Source: Raillietiella orientalis (lineage: Eukaryota). From it: DNA of 64,000 nt. The position numbers and the translations under genes were made by a program. Below, piece after piece: positions 53,060 through 64,000 of the stretch. Each line of letters opens with the position of its first letter. The first letter of the stretch is position 1. The notes under the pieces are model-generated. The model saw only the letters and a list, made by a program, of their open reading frames with translations. It had not been told where the DNA came from and did no database searches. The stretch is from NCBI GenBank assembly GCA_036172245.1, contig JAYWIR010000004.1:4712001-4776000 (forward strand). The letters are read 5' to 3'.

Positions 53060-53990
53060 CTTCACTGTTTCGTGGTTCCCACGATCAAGCTAAGGATCAT
53101 ACGACAGTCCCTTCACGGACCCAGGTGCACCTCTAGGGATGGAGTGGTGAGTCCGCTCCCCTTCCAACATGCGCTCTCCCCCACTGCCTTGGCTGTTTTG
53201 GAGCAACCGCTGAATTCCCTGCGGATGGGTAAGCGACATCCAGAACGATCACTCGGCCTGCCTGCGGGAACACCAGGTTCCGATCTTGGGATCGGTTAGA
53301 GGACTCCAAGCTGTTTGAGTGTAGACAGCTCCCGATGCTTCCGGGTGGTTCTGTTGATCTGCGCCTCCGCCACAGTTTGCCGCGTTCTGGGGTAGGCGGA
53401 CTCCCATTTCCCGATGCGGTAATTTAGTATGCTCTTGAGGGACTGTTCCCACATTTGGTCCACGTCATCCCTAATGGGGAGTGGCAGCACACGCCGAGCC
53501 ACGATGACTGCATGAATCTGTTTGTTTGAGAATCTCAAGCGCTTTCCTTTCAAACGGAGAAAGCCTTGATGCGTGGTGCCATCCCACAGGTGGCAGGGCT
53601 ATCCCTTGATCATAGGTGCCTTCTTCACTCTGCATCGTGAACGACTGCCATGTCTCTCCTTGCATCCCGGAACCAGAATTAGGTCCGGAAGTGACTTTCT
53701 CGCCCATTTCCATCCGGATCAGGGAATGCAGTCGGGGTATCTTGGGCGATGTGGGTGTGGGAATCCCAGGAGAGCTCGCGAGTTGTGGTTCCATATTCCA
53801 TATTCCAGTTCTTGAGAGCAAGCAGTCTATCCACTCGTCGCGAGGAAGCTGCTCATGAGAGACCTATGATCCCCTCGGCTAGGGATTGGAAGTTGGGGCA
53901 ACTCTTCCTCTCTCAGGGATACCGGAAGCACATGGCTGATTTTGCATTTCACTGAAAGTCGCGTTCGGTAAGGAGATGGCACTGTCACGC
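53060..53990 (-). mobile_element. Degenerate non-LTR ORF2 C-terminal fragment
   Basis: SNKQIHAVI...HRELSTLKQL...FSGCSKTAKAVG resembles the post-RT K.IY / H..L.T / F..C..AK.VW pattern. Confidence 0.35.
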
Positions 53991-54369
53991 TATTGACATC
54001 AACTTCATCCCAGACAGCAGTATCGAAGCTGAGGACAGACTATATCCAATGATGAGCTCTGTATCCATTTCCGGCACCTTTCCATTTTGGGGGACGGAGA
54101 ATCAGGTAATAGGAAGCTGGCGTCGTTCTCTCCATCCGTGGATTACTGAGAGGCGAAATAGAGGAAATGATAGGGCCAAGCGCGATACAAGGAAGGTGAG
54201 GTTGCCTAACTTGGTGGTCTATATAAAAGTCAACGGTTTTACGGGGAAATAGTTAGAATTGGACTAGGATGAGGAAAAATCCTCTTAGAATCCTCACTTT
54301 CGCTTTTTCCTTCCAGCTTTTTTTATTTTTTTTCGAGTTTCCCTTTCTTTTTGGTTTGCTAAGTGCTGA

Positions 54370-55150
54370 AGGGCCATTCACCTCGAACTTAATAAGCCCT
54401 TTGAACGCATCAGGACGCGTGTCAACTCTTCAAGTTCCAAAGTAACTCGGAGGGACCACCCTATGAATCCAGGAAGGCTTCGGAGAAGGGAGTCCTTTTC
54501 CTCTCTGATGCTTGGTAGGGAACCCTCTCCCCGGTTGTTTCCGGAGGGACCCCCTGAAAAGGATTCACTCCTTGAAATTCTTCTCCAGAGGGAGTCCTCA
54601 AGGTAACGGATCCGCTTCCGGTTTCCTCCTCTGAAGAGAACCCCGAAGGGATGCTTCCCAATTTTCTGTGAACGTCCCTCCTCGAAGGGAGCAGCGCGCT
54701 TCCGAACACTCTGAGAAGCGACTCCCTGAGGGAAGTACCAACCAGCCTCATGGAATGCAATGGAGGGTCCCCCCCTCCTAGGAAAGAGCTCCAGTTTCAC
54801 AACCGGAGGGGAACCTCGGAAGGAAACGGTTCCTTGGTTCCTGGAAGGATCCCAGAGGGTCAAATTCCCATCCTGGCCGGTCAACGAGGTCATCCGGTTT
54901 CCACCGGTGCCGTACACGAACCCCAGAGGCCAAGCAGCGTTATCTTGCGGGGGGGACTCGAAACCCACGGCGCACCTATTTCTTAGCGTCGGTCTTTTCC
55001 TAGATGCGATTCGAACACGCAGCGCTTGGAACGGCGCGAGCGGAGACCGCAGCCATGCGACCGGCAAAGTGGGCTCTGTGGTTTGTGATGTGCTTTTTGA
55101 GAGCTTCGTCTTGTGAGTTTTCCGGTGATTGCAGTACTTCATTAAGGAGA
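54370..55150 (+). mobile_element. Degenerate reverse-transcriptase core relic, copy 1 of duplicated block
   Basis: AIHLELNKPFERI (cf. LD..KAFDRV), GRLRRRESFSSLMLGREP (cf. G.RQG.PLSP.LF....EPL) and SWPVNEVIR...PRGQAAL. 54451-54983 is near-identical to 60605-61135. Confidence 0.6.
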
Positions 55151-55339
55151 TTTGGGATTGGGCAAACAAATAGGGAGTGAGTGCTGTGGGAGATCAGAGG
55201 AAGCTGTGGGAGTTCCCTCTACTTTTCCGCCCTTATCGTTGCTGGAGAATAACTGATGCACTGAGGATGTTATGGAAGGGGAATGTGCCGTAGTCCAGTG
55301 AGGACCCGGATGAACTCGTTCACCCATGAGCAGTCTTTC

Positions 55340-56000
55340 GTTAGGCCCTGGAGGTTCCGGCAAGACTGCTGATTAGAAACGAGCTCCAGTTGGAGGCCTT
55401 CTTTCGACAGCAGCGTAGACCTGCGTTCGGTCGTTTAAAAGCCGGAATCTCCTGTAAGTGTCCCGGCTGTGTTTGATGCTGGATGGCCCCACGAATTTCC
55501 AAGGTGTCCATCTGATTCTCGGATTGTAGAGTTATCCGTGCTGCACCTGGCTCAACGTTCCCCTGGTAAGAACCGTTCCTATCGCAAACAAGACTGTAGC
55601 TGAGGACGACGTCCACTTCGGGATGAAGCATCGCCTCCTGTGCCAAGAGAATCGACTGAAGACGGTGATGGAAGGGAGCTGAGAAGAGCAATGAGCTCAT
55701 CGCTGCGGTGGACTCCCGTCTCCGTACGGATCTACTCCTGCTGAAGGAGAGGAAGAGTGGATGCGTCTTCGAGTGCCCACAACGCTGCGAAAGCGCTCCA
55801 AAAAGAAAGCAGACCAAGTGCAAAGACCTCCTCCCCCCACCCACTTCCCGGCAGACAGTGAACGGACTGCCGGAGTCCAAAGAGTTGGTTCCGAGATCAC
55901 CCAAATGAAGAAGCAATGCGAGTGCTGGAGATCCCATCTTTTGTGGGAACGGGACCTCCAGTGTCTCCAGCTTCCAATGGGGATTCGAACATCATCTCAA
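55340..56000 (-). mobile_element. Degenerate non-LTR ORF2 thumb-region fragment
   Basis: CFFIWVISEPTLWTP...GGGGLCTWSAF matches the F.W...P...GGLG pattern. Confidence 0.35.
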
Positions 56001-56059
56001 TGAAGGATGAACATCAGGATCTAAGAAGAACCGGTGCTGATTGATGATGATGTTCATGG

Positions 56060-56950
56060 AGAACTTTTGGATGCCGGACGTCAGAATGAGAAGATGGACA
56101 AGACATAAAGATGGCGAGGATCGTGAGGATCACGGCCTGCTTTACCCTACGTCATCCCTCCGTTCGCTCAGTAAAAAGAGCCGTTTCTCAGAAACTCTAG
56201 GAATTCCCAGCTCTTTCAGAGTATCGCGATCTTGGAATCCTAATGGCTCGAAGAGAATCGCGCTGACTGACGCTTAGTTTCCTGAGAGCGAAAGGGAAAG
56301 CTCGTGGTTCCAGTATTTCTCCTCTGTTCGCTTACACGCCTTCTTGAACGCTGCCAGTGTACTTCCGAGTCGGCACCATAAGTTGAATGGTTACGACTCA
56401 GCCCCCTTTGCTCGGGATGTGGTCGCAAGGACGACTCCACTTCGGATACTCTATGCCAGGCGGTGTCTCCTATGGCAGCTTCCTTCGTCCCGAAGACACC
56501 CTGGAAGAAATTTTGTGATGCTTCTTCACGAGGGACAGGCTTTCCTCCGTCTCCCCGATCCCAGTTCTGCATGACATCGGGAAGGTCGTGACGTCCCTGA
56601 ATGCAGAGGAGGCGCAGCAGCAAGGAAGAAGGAACCTACACCTCGACTCCGTGGTGATAAGGAATCTTATCAAAGTGACCTTTCCAGAATAACCGAGTCA
56701 AGGAGGACGATGCCTGCATCACATGCAGGTTACCATGGATTTGAAGGGTGTGATCTCTTCCCCTCCTTCCCTTTTTACTTATTTATTTATTCCCTATACC
56801 TGCCTCGTCCTTCTGTTTAGCCCATCTTTTATCTGGTCGGTTTTTTTTCCCCCTTTTTTGACGTTTTCAATCAGCCTAGTAGAATTACCAATCCGCATTG
56901 CCCGTTTGTTTTTCTTCTTTGGAAAATAAACAGCGGACGGGGTCAACGGA
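56060..56950 (+). mobile_element. Non-LTR 3' fragment with knuckle relic and T-rich UTR
   Basis: VLPSRHHKL followed (shifted frame) by PLCSGCGRKDD. Pyrimidine-rich UTR at 56755-56920, then AATAAA near 56925. Confidence 0.5.
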
Positions 56951-57639
56951 CTAATTTGGTGCTGTTGAGCTTCGTGGGCAGCAGCGTATGGCGGTGGGAG
57001 GCAGCGCGCAGCAGGACCGATTTAACCCTGATTGGCTTCGTCCACAATCTGGGACAACCGGTTTCCTTGTCCACAAACAGGTTTTCTTGAAGGACCAAAG
57101 AAATGCTCTTTGGTTCCGCTTCCATTTTTATCTGGTACGCCGTCCTTCTCATGGGAGAGAAGCAGCAGCTACCGGCTGACGATGTGGGAGTTCTCGTGCT
57201 GCTATCCCACTGGGTGATGTAACTCCCAGGTCGAGCGTTCGAGTACCGATTTGGTAGCACCCTGTGCCCGCACGGGAGGACTGCACCTTTGCACCGATCT
57301 TATAAGCATCCCACCCTCCGAATTCGTGGTCCCTTCCTCGTATATGGGCGGCTCCGTGCTCTCTCTCAAGTGGTCCAGCATGCAGTTTCGCTTTTCATGC
57401 ACGGTTGCCGGCGCAGCCTGCTCTGACATCTCCGGACGAGGTCTCCCGAACTGCGCTAGGTGCGAGGAGCAGAAACGCGACCCGCTCACCTCCCCTCTGG
57501 ACCGTGGTGTTCCCCTGTACGCATGGGAATGCCTCGCCGCTTCCGTCGAGGCTGAAAGCGATCCCGGGGAAACGAGCTGCAGCGCTGCTTTGAGGCGTGA
57601 GGATCTTCGCCTGCCGCCCGGATCGCAACCCTGCATGGC

Positions 57640-58315
57640 ATCGGCAGAACCGCGGTTGCACGCAACGCCCGGGAGGCGCGCCAGTCCAAGGGAGCGGAAG
57701 GCCGCACACTTCGTTTACTCCGCGGTGAGGACTTGGGCGAAGCGGCCGTTGGTCTGACCTGAAGCAAGTGCCTGAAACACTGCTGCACCTACTCGTGGCA
57801 CTGTGTTGCTCTCGGACTCTTATAGGAGCGCTTTTTCAAGAGCCCTCCGGAACCCAGAGAGCAGCCATAGGGGGTTCCTCAAACGCCTCCTCGTGCGTGA
57901 TGCGCTTCCACCACCAGCCGCGAGTTTCAACAGCTGTCTGCTGCCTGCCTGGGATGGTGGCGGCATGGAACGTTTCAGTAAGTGGCCAGAACCGAAAGGA
58001 CGCCTTCGAAACTCTTCATGAGGGTAGAGACGAGAAGGCCTCACCTGGGGAATACTCGGATGACATTTTTGAAAGGCTGCAGAGGGTGCCAAGAAACGGA
58101 CGGAGATCCCTTCCCGAACCCCTTCAAGAAATTTTGGGTATTTATCTTCATTTTTTCCTTTCCTTTTATCCCTTTCTCTCCGTTTCCGAGGCCGGGTCTT
58201 CGCCAGTCGTCGACAAGTTCCATGTTCTTTGAATGTAGTAGGACAGAGTTCTACCAACACCATTTGACCATTTGTTATGGTTGTAATAGACGCCCCAGGG
58301 CAACCGGGTGAAAAA
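57640..58315 (+). mobile_element. Non-LTR 3' end with terminal hairpin motif
   Basis: VPETLLHLLV / HCVALGLL*ERF parallels EPLQHLLMDCVAMRPLRERF at 37.5 kb. RRPHL near 58033. Ends aatagacgccccagggcaaccgggtgaaaaa. Confidence 0.7.
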
Positions 58316-58593
58316 CCTGTAGCGGGCGAAGAAGATGGCCTCCTCATCGCACGCAGGCAGCAGAAGACACAGCAAGATTTCACCCTGACCCCATTCCCTA
58401 CCGCCCTTATTTACTTAATTTTTTTTCCATATATCGTGCCCTCTTCTTGAGCTTTCCGGTCTTTTGCATAGCCCCACCGATGGTTTGTTTATCCCTTCTT
58501 TTCAAGTTCTTAAGAGTCCTGCAAGGAAGATTTTCCTACTTTCGCATGCTTGTTCCCTGGAAGGGGGGGAAACGACCCGGCGTGACCGAGTCA
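58316..58593 (+). mobile_element. Very short non-LTR 3' end stacked directly behind the previous copy
   Basis: Begins ~20 nt before agatggcctc (RWP), has a T-rich UTR and ends aaacgacccggcgtgaccgagtca. Confidence 0.6.
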
Positions 58594-58827
58594 CAGCCGT
58601 GGCAGAGAGCGTTGCAAAGGAGAGAGAGCCCAGTGCAACGAAAGTGTCACAGTTATCCGCCGCCTGAGGATGATTGCGGGGTCGTCCGTGCACAGTGGGA
58701 AGGATCGCTGTCCACTAAAGGGGAGCCTCGCTTAACGGTTTTTGGGAATGAGTTCTAGGAGTCGCAGTCAGCTGCCGCGCCGACTGACCACTTGGGAGTT
58801 TCCTCATCTTTTGTTTACCCCCATGTC

Positions 58828-59065
58828 CAGGGTCGGATTTGCCATTAGGCGAATGCAGGCATGGCCTAGGGGCGCCAAATTCCAGGATGAAAAATCGCTG
58901 ATAATTAATTGTAATTTATAATGATAAACGTACAATAAATTAAAAATGCAGCACGAAAAACTAACCTTCAAGAAAAATCGTGGAAGAATGTTTCGTTTTT
59001 TTTTCATACATGGGCACCAAATTTTCTTTTGCCTAGGGGCACCAGACACCCTCGCGCCGGCTCCG
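58828..59065. mobile_element. hAT-like MITE (238 bp) with 8-bp target-site duplication
   Basis: Flanks cccatgtc (58820-58827) and cccatgcc (59066-59073). Degenerate short TIRs cagggtcgg / ccggctccg. Repeated subterminal gcctaggggc(g/a)cca and ggc(g/a)ccaaatt motifs. Confidence 0.7.
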
Positions 59066-59189
59066 CCCATGCCTGCACTAAATCTTTAACTTGTACATTA
59101 GAGTGTAGAGTACAAAAGTGCGTCAGCAGGAGGAAGGCCACGCTCGCACTAGCAAGATTCGTATGGAAAGCTTACCTGACGAACCCTCA

Positions 59190-59640
59190 TCTGTGACTAG
59201 GGAGTGGTGAGGCGGGCGGTAGAGGTGGAGGACACGCCGATGCTGGAGATACTGCGAGGATTCTTCGAAGACGGCGTTCCTCGCTGCAACCCCACCCGCT
59301 GCGGGCGATCGTCTCCTTCCTGAGGAGCATCCTCATCAGAAGAGCCAAGTGCAGGAGACAAAGCGTTGCAATGCCCGGGAGATCCTGCGAGGACTTTGAA
59401 AAAGCCAACGTTCGTGCGTGCGGAAGGCTACCATCTTGGGGCCTCCTGCGTTGCCTTCGAATTCTGAACGGTGCGGCCAGGACGGCGTGGTGCGACACCC
59501 GCGCGGGCCACAGCGCTTTGAAAGCGGCCCAGCGGTCGCAAAAGTGATTGGGTTTTTTTTCTCGAGTGAGTGTGCCCTTAGCGTGAATGATTGATTGATC
59601 CATGAATTCACCCCACCGCGAGTTCGGACTAGGGAAAGAA
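59190..59640 (-). mobile_element. Degenerate non-LTR ORF2 C-terminal fragment
   Basis: TREKKPNHFCDRWAAFKALW resembles the E...H.F.C...K.LW end of the knuckle. Confidence 0.35.
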
Positions 59641-59692
59641 CGCTTTCCTGTGGAGCACCATTCGACTCCCTGAAGCTGTAGTGGACTGGAGG

Positions 59693-60460
59693 TTTTTAGC
59701 CGGTGACGCCGGGACGTTTATTTAAAAAAGGAATGGAGCGGATTGTCACCCAGGTGCGCACCGAGGCGTTCATTTCATATAAAAAAAAAACAGTCCTAGT
59801 CTCTGTGGTTGGGCCAGTGGGCCAACCACATGCGATTCAACGGGAGCCTGCCGGGTTACCGGTACGCAAACCGGGGAGGTCCGCCAGGGCAGCAGGGGGG
59901 GGGGAGGGGCAAACAAAATGAAGAAAAAAGAAACCAAAAAAAATGAATAAACAAATTTGAGAGGTGCGGGAAGGGATCACGTTCTGCGAGGGCGGTCCTC
60001 TGCATCTTCTGCAGGATGCCGGAAGGCTCTTGCGGCATGTAGTACTTCAGGTGGGGCCATCTCGTTGCCATCCTCATGAAGCGGACGACAAAGTGGACGC
60101 GGCACTCCTGTCTCTGTGCCCTTCTCCTGCATCGCTCCAGGCAGCTGCAATCTCGCGTAGGCAGCAGAGAGAGCTGCTAGCGAGGAGAGATTTCAGAGCG
60201 TCCCTGGAGTTGCTGCCGGGGGTTCCTAGGGCCGCGGCGAAGCGTTTCCGGAGGGATCGGAGGACAACACAACCCCACAAGCAGGTGCGGGAGAGATTCG
60301 CGCTCCCCGCACCTACCATAGTTGGAGTCTACACACACACGCGCCAGTGTCCAGTGATGCGGGCGAGCGTTGCACGGGAGGCCCCAGTGCAGCAGCAGCG
60401 CCTATTCCTGCCACTTTTAATGGAAAGGTGTGCAAGACGGAACTGGAGGTGCAAGTTGTG
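59693..60460 (-). mobile_element. Non-LTR 3' end with RWPHL tail and two tandem terminal hairpin motifs
   Basis: NYGRCGERESLPHLLVGLC...CLERCRR...VHF...MRMATRWPHLKYY. The UTR contains a hairpin (tgtggttgg...ccaaccaca). Terminal motifs at 59743-59775 and 59693-59723. Confidence 0.75.
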
Positions 60461-60539
60461 CCCTAAGGTTGACTTCCTTTTAGCTTTTTTTTTTTTTTGG
60501 TTTCCTAAGTACTCAAGAACCGTTCTATCTAGGGGCCAT

Positions 60540-61330
60540 CGAAGCTCCTTAACACTGTCCAACTAGCCGAGGGTGCATGCAACTCTTCAAGGTAGAAAAC
60601 CCGCAGGGACCACCCTATGAATCCAGGAAGGCTTCGGAGAAGGGAGTCCTTTCCTCTCTGATGCTTGGTAGGGAACCCTCTCCCCGGTTGTTTCCGGAGG
60701 GACCCCCTGAAAAGGATTCACTCCTTGAATTTCTTCTCCAGAGGGAGTCCTCAAGGTAACGGATCCGCTTCCGGTTTCCTCCTCTGAAGAGAACCCGAAG
60801 GGATGCTTCCCAATTTTCTGTGAACGTCCCTCCCCGAAGGGAGCAGCGCGCTTCCGAACACTCTGAGAGGCGACTCCCTGAGGGAAGTATCAACCAGCCC
60901 CATGAAATGCAATGGAGGGTCCCCCCCTCCTAGGAAGGGACTCCAGTTTCACAACCGGAGGGGAACCTCGGAAGGAAACGGTTCCTTGGTTCCTGGAAGG
61001 ATCCCAGAGGGTCAAATTCCCATCCTGTCCGGTCAACGAGGTCATCCGGTTTCCACCGGTGCCGTACACGAACCCCACAGGCCAAGCAGCGTTATCTTGC
61101 GGGGAGGACTCGAAACCCACGGCGCGCCCATTTCTCTGGAGTCGATCCTTCACATGGGGATTCGAGCCCTTGACGCTCGCTGCCACAGTGCGCGGAGGCC
61201 GCGGTCACATGGCTGCCAGCTCGGGCTCCCTGGAAGAAAGGATGATTTTCTTCCTTCTCTTGAGGGCAAGCGTGGTTTATGCTGTGGCTGCGTGGCTGCT
61301 ACGTACTTCCCTATTGCTGCAGCATTGCCT
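60540..61330 (+). mobile_element. Degenerate RT core relic, copy 2 of duplicated block
   Basis: 60605-61135 differs from 54451-54983 at roughly 14-16 positions by eye. The flanks are only weakly similar. Confidence 0.6.
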
Positions 61331-62689
61331 GCCCACTCGAAACAAACTTCCGCAATCTCTCACGGTCCTATGTACCAGTCAGCTGTCAATCACTGCAAAA
61401 TTACCGCATCCTCAGCAAACATTCCACACTGCGCATCGCCTCAAGATGTTGAAACAGCCGCCGCCTTCTGGCAGGCCACATGGCTTGGCTGGGGGAATTC
61501 TTCTTCAGTTTCCTGGTCACACACGATCGGCAAGACCCCTTGAGAAAAAGGCGCGTGAAAAAAAAAAAAAAAAATGCTCGACGCGGGTCCAGATTGCAAA
61601 TGACACGAGTGATTAGCAACCTCTTAGGATTGCGCATGCAAATGCAGCACGCGGGCAACGTCTGCCAAAATTATAAGCCTCTACAGACTTCACTTTTACG
61701 AACGAGCCACGCAGGATTGAATTGCTCAGGCTTCAAAGGAAACGGCGGAGTAAGCAGCTCTCAACAGTTTGAGAATCTTCTTCCGGGATCACCTCCTATG
61801 GCAAGTCACTGGGAAACATGTCAGTGCTTGCTTGCGCGACAGGCGAGCCCGGATGCATACAGAGCGAAAATGTATTCAATTGGCGTTTGCTGAGCACGTG
61901 AGATGGCTGGCGAGAACTGGTCGCATCTTCAGCGTGGGACATCCTCTTGTCCTCTCGCACATCAGCTGCGAAATTTCCGAACAGATCTCAATAGCAAATA
62001 TTCATCCTTTCAAGTTGTCTTTGGATGCAGCAGGACTGAGGACGCACAATTTATGATCTTTTCGATGATTTCGTGCAGCCGTGACTTTGGTGCTTCTTCA
62101 CTTTTAGGATTCCAGACCGCTGGCAATCCAAAAAGTGAACCTTGCCAGCCTTGCTAAGGAAGAAAACCTCCCCCACGCTCGGAACAAGTGCGACAGTGAC
62201 GCCAACGACGACAGGCGAGGCACCGCTGGCAACGCAGGGTCGACCTGACTGGACCGGAGGAACCCCGGAAAACGAGCCGTTGACTAAGCAGCGTCTCGTC
62301 CTCATCCAGGGCCGCCAGACAACGAATTCGTGACAAGCCTCTCGTCAATGAAAGATATCGCTAAAAGACAAACAAAAAAATTTGAAATCCTATCAGCTAT
62401 CACAGGAGGTTCATGGAAACCCTCGAAGATGAAGATGTAATCTGCAAGGGAGAAGAAATAACTGAGTTACGGCGAAGAGGAGGCCGACGATGACTGTGAT
62501 GATTAAAGAAGCTGACGCAGAAGAATTCTTCTCAGATGCTGTCATCCTTCCGCACCGCGAGCAAACCTCAAGCCCGCTTTTCGGCAGTTCGAAGGCAAAT
62601 GAAGAGTCTCTCCTGAGCAGAGCTTCTTCCCTACCGTCTGGAGTGATGCGGACGTCGGATGGCTATCTCTCATGCCGTTTCGTCCCCTG

Positions 62690-64000
62690 ATCCCTAAGTG
62701 GAGTGGCACCTCTCCCTGTCAAGCAGAGAGGACCTGTATGCTCTCTCCTCGTCTCTGATCTCTTCGACCTCCCCAACCGATTCGGTAGCTCGGTTTCGAG
62801 TGTGCAGCGCCCCCTGGCTGCATCCGGAGGAGAGGACTCGACACGCCCTCCAGGCGGCTGCGGCGGTTCCGATCTCCGAGCGCTTCGAGGACGCGGCAGC
62901 CTTTGAATCGATGAGAGCCCCTTGCGGATGGTTGCGGGTTGCTGCCGCCAGGGTGGAGATCTCGCCTCTCCTTCCAGGCAACCGCTCCTTTGAACAGCAG
63001 CTCTGCCCCCGCTGGTGCTGCAAGGGCGGAGGTCTCCTCAGCCTCTTCGTGAATGTCTCTCCTCTCTAGCGCTCTCTCAAACTCTCTGAGTTCCTAGGCA
63101 ACCTTCACTCGACCTTAAAGTCACGAACTTCCTCTGACAGGAACGACATGAGGCTGGGGAAAGGAGCGCCGCGCGCTCCAGGAGAGAGCGTGGTCCAGCA
63201 GCAAACATCCACCGCGGCTCTCTGAGAGAGGAGAGGAATGTGCCCTCCCTGTTTTAGAGACCGGAGCGCCACCGTGACAGCGCGGTTCGAGCAGCCTCGG
63301 TTCCACCCAGCCAGCGTGCTGCAGCAGCCCCCCAGGAGAGCGTCTCTCTGAAGGTGCGAGGGCGCTCGCGCTCGCAGGTAACAGGGTCGAGGAAAGAGAT
63401 GTAAAGAATGAAGGAAAAAGCGCAACCCGAAATTGAAATGAGAGCCAAAGCGCTCGCTGGTTGAGGACGAGAGAAATCAATCCCGCGGGCTGGAGGCAAA
63501 CCAAGCCAAAAAAAGAACGAGGGGAGAAGGAAGGGGAAAAAATGGCTTCATCCTGTGCGCCCGTGTGCAAATTGGGATTTTCTGGCTGGCGTGCGCGGTG
63601 CGATCCAAAGGAGGAAAAGCAAGGACAAGTATTCTCGATACGATTTCCCATCTCGCCTTTCATGCGTCTCCGTTCCTGGCATCGGGAAGATCTCCTCTTC
63701 GGTTCTTCATCTTGGTGCCCAGGTCGATTGCCGTCGCTCGAGCTGGGCACGCCGACCTTTGCGAGCTCTTCTCGCCTTTGTCCGCTTTCTGAGAATCATT
63801 CGTGAAGGCGGGATGCCGAAAGGGTCCTCTTCTGGACTCCCTTCTGCTTCTGCTTGCAGCAGGAAGGTCCGTTGCAAAGAGAGAGAGAGGTGAGGCCCAA
63901 GAAGCGCAGTAGCATGCCGGGAAACAATCAGGACGGTCCATCTTCGGTCTTTCCCCGATCAACAGCCAGAGCACTTCCAGCAGGCGGTCTCCAGGCGGTA
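62690..64000 (-). mobile_element. Possible further degenerate retroelement debris
   Basis: GC-rich coding-like relics, gggcctcacct (PHL-like) near 63890 and a minus-strand T-rich UTR-like tract at 63400-63545. No decisive motif. Confidence 0.25.

Noticed and set aside
54378..55169. 263-aa minus-strand ORF and its counterparts at 60615-61616
   Set aside because: Antisense or off-frame shadows of a GC-rich degenerate RT relic whose motifs lie on the plus strand.
17764..59775. Recurrent CCCGG hairpin motif as CRISPR repeats or bacterial terminators/REP elements
   Set aside because: Copies are dispersed, irregularly spaced, on both strands and tied to retroelement 3' ends in a eukaryotic context. 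No cas genes.

Overview
Eukaryotic (animal) genomic DNA, probably arthropod if the big brain-like aquaporin call is right. There are no prokaryotic operons, CRISPR arrays, rRNA or convincing tRNA genes. The window has two zones. 1-36.6 kb is AT-rich, with a few candidate exons, decayed minus-strand coding-like tracts and small MITE-like inverted repeats. 37-64 kb is GC-richer and densely packed with degenerate non-LTR retrotransposon fragments. These look like L1/Tx1-type ORF2 (RT, RT thumb and C-terminal zf-RVT-like knuckle), occur on both strands and are mostly 3' ends. Several fragments share a C-terminal RWPHL peptide and a terminal AAT(A/G)AAC-CCCGG-N5/6-CCGGG-TGAAA hairpin, and some are stacked head-to-tail. 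This zone also holds a 985-bp fold-back mariner element (415-bp inverted arms, TA TSD), a frameshifted big brain-like aquaporin fragment bracketed by a 13-bp direct repeat, a hAT-like MITE with an 8-bp TSD, and a ~530-bp near-identical patch shared by two otherwise diverged RT relics. All family calls are by-eye motif recognition, not database results. No intact protein-coding gene of known identity was found.
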